From: an uncultured delta proteobacterium
GTDB lineage: Bacteria; Desulfobacterota; Binatia; UBA9968
Assembly (NCBI GenBank): GCA_963727625.1
Contig: CAVSHR010000012.1
Span: 597,603 to 661,602 of the forward strand
DNA: 64,000 nucleotides
Direction of reading: 5' to 3'
A model generated the notes under the pieces. The model saw only the letters and a program-made list of their open reading frames with translations. It ran no database searches and was not told where the DNA came from. Positions 29,414-39,506 of this stretch are shown piece after piece. Position numbers and translations under genes: made by a program. The number at the start of each line of letters is the position of its first letter. The first letter of the stretch is position 1.

Positions 29414-30490
29414 TCAGGCCGCCGCCCCGGGAAACACGACCATTCGCTCCTTGGGCAAGTGAATGACCACGCTACCCGCGAGCTTTTCACAATCGGGCAA
29501 CGCTTTGGCGACCAGGATTTTGTTGTTGATCTTCACTTCGGCAACCACTTGATCGCCCAAAAAATTCGAGCTGACGATGCTGCCATCGAGGCTATTCTCC
29601 ATGCCGGACGCGCCGCCGTCCAACCTTACGTCCTCCGGCCGGATTCCCACGACCACGCTTCCGTCATAACGCCGCCCCACGGCGGTTACAAGCCTGCCGA
29701 TTTCGCTCTCGACAATCCCGCCCGCAAGCATCTTGCCGCTAACCCAATTGATCGAACCGAAGAATTCTGCGACCAGCGCGCTTGCCGGCGTCCGGTAAAG
29801 CTCGAAGGGATTGCCGATCTGCAAGATTTGTCCCCGCGACATGACGGCGATCCGGTCGGCCAGCACCATGGCCTCGACCTGATCATGGGTCACGTACAAG
29901 ACGGTGCTGCCCAACTGGGTCGCCAGTTTTTTAATATTCGCGCGCACTTCTTCGCGCAGCCGGGCGTCCAAATTGCTCAGCGGCTCGTCCATCAGCAACA
30001 ACGCCGGATTGACCGCCAGCGCCCGGGCGAGCGCGACCCGTTGTTGCTGACCGCCGCTTAGCAGGCGCGCCGGCCGATCCTGGAAGTCGTCCAACTGGAC
30101 CAGCGCAAGGCTGTGACGAATTCGTTCCGCCGCGGCGCTTTTTCCGAGTCGCAAACGCCCGTGGGTCAAAACCAAACCGATATTTTCCGCCACCGTCAGG
30201 TGCGGCCAGATCGCATAGGATTGAAACACCATGCCGACCTGGCGCCGCTCGGGCGGCACGAAGACGCGCTTGACGCCGGAATAAACAGTCTTATGGTCAA
30301 GCACAATTTCTCCGCCGTCGGGTTTTTCCAAACCAGCCACACTGCGCAGCAAGGTCGTTTTACCGGAACCGCTAGGCCCCAGAAGCACGAAAAATTCGCC
30401 CCTGTCGACCTTTAAATCGATGGCGCGCAGCGCCGCCACAACCTGGTCGCCGCTTTGAAAGTTCTTGCTCAAGCCGGCGATCGAAATCAC
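29414..30490 (-). CDS. ABC transporter ATP-binding protein (FbpC/PotA-like)
   Basis: GPSGSGKT, LSGGQQQRVALARAL, MDEPLSNLD; GTG start overlaps the permease stop. Confidence 0.93.
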   Translation of the reverse strand: MISIAGLSKNFQSGDQVVAALRAIDLKVDRGEFFVLLGPSGSGKTTLLRSVAGLEKPDGGEIVLDHKTVYSGVKRVFVPPERRQVGMVFQSYAIWPHLTVAENIGLVLTHGRLRLGKSAAAERIRHSLALVQLDDFQDRPARLLSGGQQQRVALARALAVNPALLLMDEPLSNLDARLREEVRANIKKLATQLGSTVLYVTHDQVEAMVLADRIAVMSRGQILQIGNPFELYRTPASALVAEFFGSINWVSGKMLAGGIVESEIGRLVTAVGRRYDGSVVVGIRPEDVRLDGGASGMENSLDGSIVSSNFLGDQVVAEVKINNKILVAKALPDCEKLAGSVVIHLPKERMVVFPGAAA

Positions 30491-32187
30491 AGCGCCTCCG
30501 TAAAGCGGCTGCGCCGGCCGAAAATAAAATAGAGCAGCAGCGCCGGCAACATGAAGGCGAGCACGACCAGATTGGCGGCGGCGGCTTGATTGAGGCTGCC
30601 GCCAAGCCAGAGCCCCCACACGATCATCGGCAGGGTGACGTTTTCCCGGCTGGTGACCAGCACCGACGCCATGGTCAACTCGCGATAGGACAGCAGCGCC
30701 ATCCATAACCAGGCGTAAACCACCGCCGGCTTCAAGAGCGGCAGCAAAATTTTGCGAATCACCTGGATGAGCGGCAAACCGCCGACGAATGCCGCTTCTT
30801 CCAGCTCCGGGTGAATCTGCGCTAAAGAATTGTTGAAAATCCGGGTCGCGAAGCTGATACGGCTAATCGTGTAAACTAGAATGAGAATCGTCAAGCTGCC
30901 GTAAAGGGACAGTATATTGTGCAGCAGAAACAGCGAGGCGAACAGCGCGGCGATGGCAAGAATCAAGTGCGGCACGGCGTGGGGCAGAAACGCCACCGCG
31001 TCGAAACTCAGCCGCCACCTGAGCCCCGACCGCAGCACCGTCCAGGAAATCGCCAGGCAAAAAATCACCGCCAAGGTCGGCACCACGATCATGAGAATCA
31101 CGGTGTTGCGCGCGCCGTGCAATAACAGCTCCCAAGGCAAGCCGTAAAAATTGCCGAGGGACACCTGCTTCAACGCGGCCCATGACGGCGGCTGGAAATA
31201 GCGCAGCAGCGACGCCCACACCAGGAGCAGGAGGGGCAGCAACTTGGCCATGGCGAAGTAAGCGCCGAGAAACGCCCAGGCGACACACCATCCCCTCCGA
31301 CCCAACTCGACCAATCGCGGCCGGTAACCTTTGCCGGTCACAACGGCGTAGCGATGGGAAAACCGCAGCACGTGAAAGTAGCTCCAGCTCAACAGCAGCG
31401 CCAGCACAACCAGCAGGCTGCTCACCGCGCCGGCGACGCCGTAGTTCGGCAACTCCTCGAGCGGCTGGATTTTGTAAAAGATGTAGGTCGAGAAGGTAAA
31501 AATCTTATTCGACATGCCGATGATCGCCGGCACTTCAAAGGCCGATAAGGCAATCGTGAAAACATAGATCGAGGCCGCGAGTATGCCGGGAACCGTGAGC
31601 GGCAGGGTCACATAGACGAGCGTTCGAAAGATTCCCAGGCCATGCACCCGAGCCGCTTCTTCCAGTGCGGGGTCCATGGTGCGGTAGGTGGCGACCACCA
31701 TGATAAATGCGATGGAAGACAACCCCAGCCCTTCGACCCAACCCATGCCGACGACCGAGGCGATACTGAACGGCGCTTGCTGAAGGTTGAGAAGATCGAC
31801 GACAAACTTGTTTACGATGCCGATACGCGGATGCAGCAAAAACACCCAGCCCATGGCGGTGAAAAACGTCGGCAGCAGAGCGCCGAGCGTCACCAGCATA
31901 TAAATGAGATTTTTCCCCGGCAGATCCGTCCGCTCGACCAACCAGGCCGTCGGCACGGAGAACAAAAGCGAAACCAGCACGGCGGTCGCGCTAAAACCAA
32001 CGGTGTTGAGAAAAGTTTTATAGGTGAACGTGTCGGTGAAAATATTCCGATAGTGATCTAGCGTGTAAACGATCGGCTCACCCGGCCCGTTTTGCCAAAA
32101 GCCCATCCAGAGCACGAGCAACAGGAGACCGAGCACGGGGAGCAAGGCTGCCGCGGATATCCCGACGACTAACCAACGGCCCTTCAC
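30487..32187 (-). CDS. ABC transporter permease (FbpB-like, fused double domain)
   Basis: Two EAA loops (LEEAARVHG, LEEAAFVGG); ERTDLPG. Confidence 0.92.
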   Translation of the reverse strand: MKGRWLVVGISAAALLPVLGLLLLVLWMGFWQNGPGEPIVYTLDHYRNIFTDTFTYKTFLNTVGFSATAVLVSLLFSVPTAWLVERTDLPGKNLIYMLVTLGALLPTFFTAMGWVFLLHPRIGIVNKFVVDLLNLQQAPFSIASVVGMGWVEGLGLSSIAFIMVVATYRTMDPALEEAARVHGLGIFRTLVYVTLPLTVPGILAASIYVFTIALSAFEVPAIIGMSNKIFTFSTYIFYKIQPLEELPNYGVAGAVSSLLVVLALLLSWSYFHVLRFSHRYAVVTGKGYRPRLVELGRRGWCVAWAFLGAYFAMAKLLPLLLLVWASLLRYFQPPSWAALKQVSLGNFYGLPWELLLHGARNTVILMIVVPTLAVIFCLAISWTVLRSGLRWRLSFDAVAFLPHAVPHLILAIAALFASLFLLHNILSLYGSLTILILVYTISRISFATRIFNNSLAQIHPELEEAAFVGGLPLIQVIRKILLPLLKPAVVYAWLWMALLSYRELTMASVLVTSRENVTLPMIVWGLWLGGSLNQAAAANLVVLAFMLPALLLYFIFGRRSRFTEAL

Positions 32188-32189
32188 AA

Positions 32190-33245
32190 CTATTTTCCCG
32201 CTAAAATACCCTGAAACTTCTTTCGCACGCGACTTTGATTCTTCCGATTCTTCACCACCTCGGAAACCGGATTGTCAAAGAACTTCACGCCTTGCTTCTC
32301 CTGCTCCTTGACGAATTTGAACATATGGGTGCCCTCGACCAGATGCGAACCGGTCTTCTCGGTCTTCCAAAGAATATCTTGTCCCTCTTTGGTCAACAGA
32401 AACGCCGAGAGAAGAGCCGCTGCGTTGGGATGAGCGGAATTGCTCGGCACGGCGAGATACCAGTAGGATAAAATGCCCGCATCTTTGAAAATCCTGCCGC
32501 TCACCGGCGCGCCCTTTTCATGCATATCGTTGGCGTCCGCCAGATCGCAATTGAACGCCAACATGGCAAACTCGCCGTTGGCTACCCGCTCCTCCTCGCC
32601 GCAGCGAATCAGGCCGGCAACCTGCTTCGCGTACTTTTGCAGAAAGGCGGTGGTCTTTTCTTCGCCCCAGATCAGCGCCAGGCGATCGAAGGAAGCCGCA
32701 TAGGGCGTCGAAGCGAGTTTTCCCTTCCACTTGGGATTGAGCAAATCCTCCACTTTTTGCGGCACGTCGTTAGGGGAAACCATGTTGGTGTTGTAAGTAA
32801 AGCCAGGCGTGCGCGAAACAACGATCAGAACCCGCCCGTCCCAGTCCACCATCGGTTTAGTGATATGCGGAAAATTTTTCGTCCAGTCGAACTGTTTCAA
32901 CGACATGCGCACCACGTGGTTTTCCGATCCGATAAAAAGATCGCTGGTCGCCGGCTGTCCCGCTTTTCCTTCTTGAATGATCCGGCTCGCCATCTGCGGC
33001 ATGGACGGTCCGGGGCTGTACTTGAACTGCACGTTGAGGCCATAGGTTTTGTTGAACCCCTTCTCCATCGCCTGCACGCCGTCGATGCCGCCCATCGTGC
33101 CCGTGCCCCAGCTGAGCACGAGCTGGCCCTCTTTCTTGGCGCCTTCGACGAGCTGCGCTCTGGACTGAGCACTGGCGACGGCCGGAACAACGATCAGCCC
33201 GGTTAACAAGTAAATGTTGAGCCAAAAACATTTCACTAGCTTCAT
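32190..33245 (-). CDS. ABC transporter substrate-binding protein (Fe3+/polyamine/thiamine-like cluster)
   Basis: Signal peptide; AKKEGQL, YNTN.V, DLLNPKWKGK, AHPNAA, TKEGQ. Confidence 0.88.
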   Translation of the reverse strand: MKLVKCFWLNIYLLTGLIVVPAVASAQSRAQLVEGAKKEGQLVLSWGTGTMGGIDGVQAMEKGFNKTYGLNVQFKYSPGPSMPQMASRIIQEGKAGQPATSDLFIGSENHVVRMSLKQFDWTKNFPHITKPMVDWDGRVLIVVSRTPGFTYNTNMVSPNDVPQKVEDLLNPKWKGKLASTPYAASFDRLALIWGEEKTTAFLQKYAKQVAGLIRCGEEERVANGEFAMLAFNCDLADANDMHEKGAPVSGRIFKDAGILSYWYLAVPSNSAHPNAAALLSAFLLTKEGQDILWKTEKTGSHLVEGTHMFKFVKEQEKQGVKFFDNPVSEVVKNRKNQSRVRKKFQGILAGK

Positions 33246-33256
33246 GACTTCACCCC

Positions 33257-33337
33257 CAAACTTTGAACCTTGAACCCTTGAACTTTCGAGCGTACGAACG
33301 CGACTTGAACCATTTGAACGCCTTGACTGCTTGAACA
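33257..33337. repeat. TTGAAC-unit intergenic array
   Basis: Multiple ttgaac units with 7-9 nt period. Confidence 0.7.
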
Positions 33338-33340
33338 AAC

Positions 33341-34303
33341 CTAGAGTTCCATCCGCTTACCCAGCCCGCGCCGCACCGCCTCCTCGTATAGCCATGCTGC
33401 AAAGGATACGTCGCCGTAACCGCCCTGCGATTCGCGAAAAATATTGATTTCGTCGCGGCTCGCACGGCCGGAAATTTGGCCGGTTACCAATTCGCCCAAT
33501 TCTGGAATCCGGCTCCAGGAGAGTTTTCCTTCCGCCGTCAGCTCGACTAACGGCAACGCAGCGGAGCGATCATTGTAATTGCGCTCCTGCTCCTGGCTGC
33601 CGACGACGATGCGACCGGCTTTTAAATGCAAACCTCGGCTCAACTCCGTCGGCTTGCCCATGCTGCTCACGTGAGTTCCGGGATCCACCCATTCCTCGGG
33701 AAAAATCGGCGCAAGGGAATTGGTCGCGGTGAGAATGACATCCATGCCGCGCACAGCCGCTTCCGGTTTATCCACCCCCTCTACCTTGATACCGAGCAGC
33801 TTTTCACCTTCCGCGCAAAACGTTTTGCGCCGCTGCGGATCGCGGCTCGAAACAAATATTTCTTTGATCGGCCGCACGGAAAGCAGCCCTTTGAGAATGC
33901 CGAAGGCGTTGCGCCCCACGCCGAACAGGCCCAGCCGCCGGGCATCCTCCCGCGCCATGTGTTTGGCGGCGATCGCGACCACGGCGGCGGTTCTCAAAGT
34001 TCCAAAAGGGAAACCCATGAAGGCGAGCAGCTCGCCGCTGTCGGCGTCAAAAAGCAGCGCGTACATTTTATTGCCGCCGCCCAGGCCGCTGTTCGGACCG
34101 AGCCGGACACCGACCCGCCGCGCGCCGAGCGAGGCGCCCGAGACCACCCGCAGGCCGCTGCGCTCGCCGACCGGAATATGATAGGGCGCGTGCGGCACGA
34201 TTTGACCGCCGGCCTGCTGCCGGTGCGCCTCTTCGATCAGCTCGATCGCTTGTTTGAGATCGAGCAGCGGCTTCAACTCATCGCGACTAAGAAGTAATGG
34301 CAT
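33341..34303 (-). CDS. Ornithine cyclodeaminase/mu-crystallin family protein
   Basis: LFDADSGELLA, LRTAA, GLFGVG, DVILTATNS, GTHVSSMG, GR.S.DEI. Confidence 0.88.
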   Translation of the reverse strand: MPLLLSRDELKPLLDLKQAIELIEEAHRQQAGGQIVPHAPYHIPVGERSGLRVVSGASLGARRVGVRLGPNSGLGGGNKMYALLFDADSGELLAFMGFPFGTLRTAAVVAIAAKHMAREDARRLGLFGVGRNAFGILKGLLSVRPIKEIFVSSRDPQRRKTFCAEGEKLLGIKVEGVDKPEAAVRGMDVILTATNSLAPIFPEEWVDPGTHVSSMGKPTELSRGLHLKAGRIVVGSQEQERNYNDRSAALPLVELTAEGKLSWSRIPELGELVTGQISGRASRDEINIFRESQGGYGDVSFAAWLYEEAVRRGLGKRMEL

Positions 34304-34317
34304 GAACCTTTTTCCGA

Positions 34318-34360
34318 GCAACGATTAAAACGTCTTGAACGATTGGAACCATTGGAACGG
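34318..34360. repeat. TTGAACnnn/TGGAAC nonamer array
   Basis: ttaaaacgtc ttgaacgat tggaaccat tggaacgg. Confidence 0.65.
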
Positions 34361-34363
34361 CTT

Positions 34364-35581
34364 TTATTTACCGGCCACCGCCAACTCATGGGGCCGCTTG
34401 CCCAGCCGCCGCCCGCCGTTTTTCGTCACCACGACGGTGTCGCCCCACTGGCAAATAGTTTCGCCGTCGGCGGAAACCGCCGCGGGTTTGCAAATAAAAA
34501 CCATGTTCTCGCGCATCGCCACCGCGAGTTGTTTGGGGCTCTTGGCGTGCGGCGTGATGATCGGCCCGTCGTCGCCTTGCCCGCGCCCGTGCAGGTTCAG
34601 GTCGCCCCGCGCGTCCGCCGCCGGACCGTTCTTCGGCGCCGCGCTTTGAGCCGTTCTCTTGGTCAGCTCGGCTAACTCGCCGACCGTAACACCCGGTTTG
34701 AGGCTTTCCAGCACACGATTGAAAATCTCTCGTTGGACTTTGATCAGCTCCGCCTGATTCGGATCGATCACTTCGACGTAGACCGGCTGCACCGCCTGCG
34801 CCCGGTAGCCGATCCAAGACGCTTCCAATTCATTGATGATCGAATCGCCGCGTTCGAGCAGACGCATGCTCGGCCGGGTCAGCGTGCGCTTGGGATTCTT
34901 GCCCGATACCCAGAAGCAATGAATCGGCAATTCCGAACCATTTCGCGTCATCGCGTAATGTACCGCGGCCCAAACCTCCCAGTCTTTGACGCCGACTTTT
35001 GCGGCTTGGATCTCCGCCTCAACGGCCAATTCGTTGATCTCCATCGACTTGGCGAGCGCGTTGATCTCTTCCTGGCTTTTGACATAGCGCACTTCGTCGA
35101 GAATCTCCGTCGCATCGACGAGCTCGGCATGCGGGAACGCCTCGCGAATCTGCTTCCAGGTACCGTAGAAAATCGTTCCCTCCGGCGTGCGCGTGCCCTC
35201 GACTTCGCCGAGGCCGGTGATGCCGATGCGGCCGCGCGCGACGTTCAACTCTTGGAGCCGCGCGACAATCGCGCGCCCGTAGTTGCGCCGCGCTTCGCGC
35301 ACGTCGGTAACCCAGTCCTGCACCGTCGGCCAGCGCGGCGCCGCCGATGTCGCGATCGCCGTGACTTCGCCTTCCAGCGGAAACACCGCCGCAAGGTCGG
35401 GCTCGCCACCGCCGCAATGGGTCAGGTATCGGGTGTTGGCCTGATAGTCCGCCGAATGACCGCTGTTTTGCGGCGTGACGATGACGTCGAGGCTATGCTC
35501 ACGCATAAGCGTGCGAACGGCCTTCCAGCGCCGGTCCCGCTCGGCAAGCGAAAAACGCGGATAGGGATAGAGCTCAGCCAT
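34364..35581 (-). CDS. M24 family (Xaa-Pro peptidase/creatinase-like) protein
   Basis: FS.AE..RR...VR..M, R.VKS.EEI, LKPGVT.GEL, HGRG; canonical metal ligands look degenerate. Confidence 0.82.
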   Translation of the reverse strand: MAELYPYPRFSLAERDRRWKAVRTLMREHSLDVIVTPQNSGHSADYQANTRYLTHCGGGEPDLAAVFPLEGEVTAIATSAAPRWPTVQDWVTDVREARRNYGRAIVARLQELNVARGRIGITGLGEVEGTRTPEGTIFYGTWKQIREAFPHAELVDATEILDEVRYVKSQEEINALAKSMEINELAVEAEIQAAKVGVKDWEVWAAVHYAMTRNGSELPIHCFWVSGKNPKRTLTRPSMRLLERGDSIINELEASWIGYRAQAVQPVYVEVIDPNQAELIKVQREIFNRVLESLKPGVTVGELAELTKRTAQSAAPKNGPAADARGDLNLHGRGQGDDGPIITPHAKSPKQLAVAMRENMVFICKPAAVSADGETICQWGDTVVVTKNGGRRLGKRPHELAVAGK

Positions 35582-36004
35582 GGTCAGTTACCAGACGGAG
35601 GTTTTCCTATCACCAAAAATTCTTTGAAGCTACCCAAAGCAATTAAAAAAGCTCGACATCGAACGGCTGGCAAGGAAAAGATTTCTCGCGACGCTCGAAA
35701 TGACAATCCCTCGGAGCCCAGGGAGAAGACAATCAGATACGAAAACAGATCGTAATGCCAGCTTGTCATTTCGACCGGTGGAAGAACTCTTACTTCGCCC
35801 TTTACGATCTTAGCTGTCAAACCTCACTTTACGATCAATTTTAATTCGCGCTTGGCCATCTCGGCGCGCACGATTTGATAGCGCCGGTCTTGCTCTTGGA
35901 TGGAGAATTGCGGAATCATTATTTATTCCTCGTTCTTTTGATCTCGCGCACGCCCACGGCTCTGCTTTGGCCGCCGGGCCGTAACGAACGGCCGGCAAAA
36001 CTCG

Positions 36005-37030
36005 CTAGGGGCGCAGCGCCAGCTCTTCGTCGATGATTTGAACGAAGCGTTCCAGCGGCTGGGCGCCGGGTAAAAACCGGCCGTTGATAAAAAACGCCGG
36101 TGTACCGCTGACCCCCGCCTGTTTTCCTTCGTCAAAATCTTGCTGCACCGCGGCGGCGTATTTGGCACTGGCGAGACAGCTCTCAAACGCCGCTAGATTC
36201 AAATTTACGGCGGCGGCGTACTTGCGTAGATCGTCCGGATTGCCATGCGGCGCGTTGGCATAGAGGGCGTCGTGATAGGGCCAGAATTGACCTTGTTCGC
36301 CGGCGCAGCGGGCCGCTAAATGCTCCCGGCGCGCCTGCGGATGAAGTTCATCGATAGGGAAGTCTTTGTGTATCACCCTGATCCGGCCTCTATAGCGGAG
36401 CAGCAATTGCTCGAAGATATGTTGCGCGTCTTTGCAAAAGGGACATTGAAAATCCTCGAATTTGACAATGGTCACCGGCGCGTTCGGAGCACCCTTGACC
36501 GGCGCGCCGTCGATATTGAGCTTGGTGCGATAGATCGGCGGCGCTTTGAGAAGAATCGTGATGTCGGCTTTGGCCCGTAGCCGGTCGAGAAACAGACTGC
36601 GTTGCGCAATCAGCTTCTGACCCTCCAGATGGCTGCGGATGCGCTCGCGCAATTTCGGACCGTCCGGCGGCAAGCGGTCTTTGTGAGCGCGGTAAAACAC
36701 CGCGACTTCGTCGTCGCTCACCGGGGGTACTTTAGAAGTCACCTCGGAGGCGAGCAACTCGCCGACGCTGACGCCGCGCCGCGCCGCCTCCTTAGTCATC
36801 AATCGGTCGGCGATCAGCGCGTCAAGCCGTTGTCGTTGCAATCGATAGATTTGCTCCCGCAAAAGGCCGATGCGGGCGCCGATCGGCGCCTCTACTTCTT
36901 CGAGCCCGATGGCTTCACCGTCGACCCTGGCAACCGGGGTAGAGGAATCGGCCGCCAACAGCGGCGCCGCCGCAACAATGCAAAGCAGCAACACCGGGCT
37001 CATGGCTCGGCGCAGATGAATAAGTCTCAT
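36005..37030 (-). CDS. DsbA/thioredoxin-domain protein with SurA-like N-terminal domain
   Basis: Signal peptide; G.PNAPVTIVKFEDFQCPFC; GVSGTPAFFING. Confidence 0.9.
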   Translation of the reverse strand: MRLIHLRRAMSPVLLLCIVAAAPLLAADSSTPVARVDGEAIGLEEVEAPIGARIGLLREQIYRLQRQRLDALIADRLMTKEAARRGVSVGELLASEVTSKVPPVSDDEVAVFYRAHKDRLPPDGPKLRERIRSHLEGQKLIAQRSLFLDRLRAKADITILLKAPPIYRTKLNIDGAPVKGAPNAPVTIVKFEDFQCPFCKDAQHIFEQLLLRYRGRIRVIHKDFPIDELHPQARREHLAARCAGEQGQFWPYHDALYANAPHGNPDDLRKYAAAVNLNLAAFESCLASAKYAAAVQQDFDEGKQAGVSGTPAFFINGRFLPGAQPLERFVQIIDEELALRP

Positions 37031-37300
37031 GCTTGACCTCCGAGGGCATCCAAGCTCTCCATGACCGCAACTCTACTACCCCGATCCGACCGAACGCAAA
37101 ATTCGTTCGCGTCGCCAAAAACTGTTCAATATTCTACTTAACCCTCGCAGTGCGCCGTAAACCCGTCCGGACATTTGCCGGCATCATCGCCACGGCATTG
37201 GGCCGTAACGGACCGCTTTGCTCCTAAAAGTTCGCGCAGATATCACCGACGACTAGGATACCATGAGCGATTTCACTTTGCTCAACGCCGGCATTCCCAA

Positions 37301-37316
37301 AGGAACAAAACTTGCT
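37301..37316 (+). promoter_or_regulatory. Possible sigma54 (-24/-12) promoter
   Basis: AGGAACAAAACTTGCT = GG-N10-GC, about 50 nt upstream of ATG 37364. Confidence 0.35.
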
Positions 37317-37363
37317 TTTATCGGTCCGCAAATCGCGCCATTGGAGAGACGAACACTTTAGTC

Positions 37364-38260
37364 ATGAACCGCAAAAATGATTGGCCCGTGGGCATCAATG
37401 GTTTCGTGGGAATCGTCAGCTGCGTAATCGGACTGGGCGTCATCTATTTTGGTTATGGAATCGGCACGGAGTCGCCCAAGAAGAATGCTGCCGCCGAGCC
37501 GGTCCCGGCGGCTCAGCCGGATCGCCGAAGACCCGTTCGCGCGATGAACTTGGCATTGGGAAATATGGTTTACTTTGCCCAAGATCTGGGTTTCCTGGTC
37601 AAGAACGCCAAAGGCGCTGCTGTGAACGTAACGAAGATAGCGGCGCGCATTGAAAGCCGGCTGCTGGGAATCAGGGAGTTGTACCGCCAGGAGATCGGCA
37701 AAAACCCAGCGCTCGCGGGAAGCCTCACTTTGTCCTTTAACGTCGGCCCAACCGGCGAAGTGAGCCAAGTTCGCGAAATCTCTTCACGCCTCAACGACGG
37801 TGAATTCAAACGAGCGGTTGCCGCCGAGATGTCGAAATGGTCGTTCGCAGAAATCGTCGGGGAAAATTTGAAGGTCACTTGCCCGCTGCTATTCGTCCAT
37901 GAAGGCATGGACATCACAACGCTCGTGCACTGGGAAAAATCTCTCGGCAATCCGACCGATAAACCGGCGCTGGCCCGAAGCATCGATGGCGCGGGACAGG
38001 TGTCGGCCCCCGCCTTGGCTAAACCGATAACTGCGCCGCTCGCAAAGCCGGCGGGTAGAAAATTTCAGATCAAATACGCCACCTCACTGCGCAGGGAACC
38101 AGATTTCTCGGCAGTTTCACTTGCCAGGTTCACCATCGGCACCAAGGTGACCGTGCTCGGCAAACAAGGCGACTGGCTGCAAGTTCGCTCCTCCGACAAC
38201 AACACCACGGGTTACATTCGCAAAGAATTCGTCATGCCCGCCGGCGTCGCCCGAAAGTAG
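37364..38260 (+). CDS. Membrane-anchored protein with AgmX/PglI (TonB-C-like) domain and C-terminal SH3b domain
   Basis: N-terminal TM; IRELY...KNPALAG.L.L.F.V.PTG.V; LRREP....V.VLG.QGDWLQV....GYI. Confidence 0.75.
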   Translation: MNRKNDWPVGINGFVGIVSCVIGLGVIYFGYGIGTESPKKNAAAEPVPAAQPDRRRPVRAMNLALGNMVYFAQDLGFLVKNAKGAAVNVTKIAARIESRLLGIRELYRQEIGKNPALAGSLTLSFNVGPTGEVSQVREISSRLNDGEFKRAVAAEMSKWSFAEIVGENLKVTCPLLFVHEGMDITTLVHWEKSLGNPTDKPALARSIDGAGQVSAPALAKPITAPLAKPAGRKFQIKYATSLRREPDFSAVSLARFTIGTKVTVLGKQGDWLQVRSSDNNTTGYIRKEFVMPAGVARK

Positions 38261-38437
38261 CATCTTCTCGACGCAATATATTCTTCTTCTCATCACGCAC
38301 CGCTTCCCGCACGGCACCACCGGAGCCGGCTGCGCAAGCGTTAACTTTTCCCCGGCCGACCCGCCTAACCGCGTCGTTTGTGGCGGCTGCGTCTGACCGA
38401 TACAATGAGGCGACTCGCAGAGCGGTCGCAATCGTCC

Positions 38438-39415
38438 ATGCCGCATTTCATAAACCGCCGTCCGTGGGCAGTTCTCGAACGCGAAACCACGCCCGAATCG
38501 ATCTTTCTCGAGCGCCGCCGTTTGCTCAAAGCCGCCGGGTTCGTCGGATTGGGATTGGCTGGAATGTTGCCAGCAGGCTGTGGTCCGGCGAAAGATGCCG
38601 CGCTCATCGGTGCCCAGGAAAATCCTGCCGCGCCGGAGTTCTACCCCGCGCCGCGTAATTCCCGCTTTGGGTTAGATCGCCCGCTGACCGAGGAAGCCTA
38701 CGCCGCGTCTTATAACAATTTCTACGAGTTCAGCACGCTCAAGGGCAGCGTCTACAAAAAGGCTGCGCGTCTCCGCACCTCACCCTGGCAAGTCGAAGTC
38801 GGCGGTCTGGTCGAAAAAACGCGGCTCTTCGATATCGACGAATTGGTCCGCGCGATGTCCCTCGAAGAACGGCTTTACCGTTTTCGTTGCGTCGAAGCCT
38901 GGGCGATGGCCGTGCCCTGGACCGGTTTTACCATGGTCGAATTGATTAAATTCGTCCGGCCGCTGGCGTCGGCCAAGTACGTCCGCTTCGTGACGTTTAT
39001 GAAGCCGGAGGAGGCGCCAAACCAGAGTCCGTCTTATGGTCCCTGGCCCTACACGGAAGGGCTGACGATGGCGGAAGCGAGGAATGAATTGACCCTGCTT
39101 GCGACCGGCATTTACGGTCATCCCCTGCCTAAACAGCATGGCGCGCCGCTGCGCTTGGTGACGCCGTGGAAATACGGTTTCAAAAGCATCAAGTCCATCG
39201 TCAAGATCGAATTTACCGCGGCGCAGCCGCGCACGTTCTGGAACAGCAACCGGCCCCGAGAATATGGTTTTATCGCCAACGTCGATCCCGCCACGCCGCA
39301 CCCGCGCTGGTCTCAAGCAACGGAAAGATTGATCGACACCGGCGAGCGCCGGGCCACCCTGCCTTTTAATGGCTACGGCGAATGGGTTGCGAGGCTCTAC
39401 AAAAAAGGCGGCTAG
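38438..39415 (+). CDS. msrP: Protein-methionine-sulfoxide reductase catalytic subunit MsrP
   Basis: Tat motif ERRRLLK; YNNFYEF, ERLYRFRCVEAW, QHGAPLRL..PWKYGFKSIKSIVKI, HPRWSQATER. Confidence 0.95.
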   Translation: MPHFINRRPWAVLERETTPESIFLERRRLLKAAGFVGLGLAGMLPAGCGPAKDAALIGAQENPAAPEFYPAPRNSRFGLDRPLTEEAYAASYNNFYEFSTLKGSVYKKAARLRTSPWQVEVGGLVEKTRLFDIDELVRAMSLEERLYRFRCVEAWAMAVPWTGFTMVELIKFVRPLASAKYVRFVTFMKPEEAPNQSPSYGPWPYTEGLTMAEARNELTLLATGIYGHPLPKQHGAPLRLVTPWKYGFKSIKSIVKIEFTAAQPRTFWNSNRPREYGFIANVDPATPHPRWSQATERLIDTGERRATLPFNGYGEWVARLYKKGG

Positions 39416-39506
39416 GGTCTCGCGTTTTGAGTCTCAGATTTAACCCTAGATCCTGGACACTTGGACCCTAGACGAAGACCGCATGCAATCGTGCCTCGGA
39501 TCTTTT

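Noticed and set aside
30491-30706. Extended N-terminus of the ABC ATPase in the ORF track (similar extensions at 27320, 33338, 37175, 38378, 41603)
   Set aside because: Overlaps the upstream gene or repeat arrays; downstream starts with RBS or stop/start coupling fit better.
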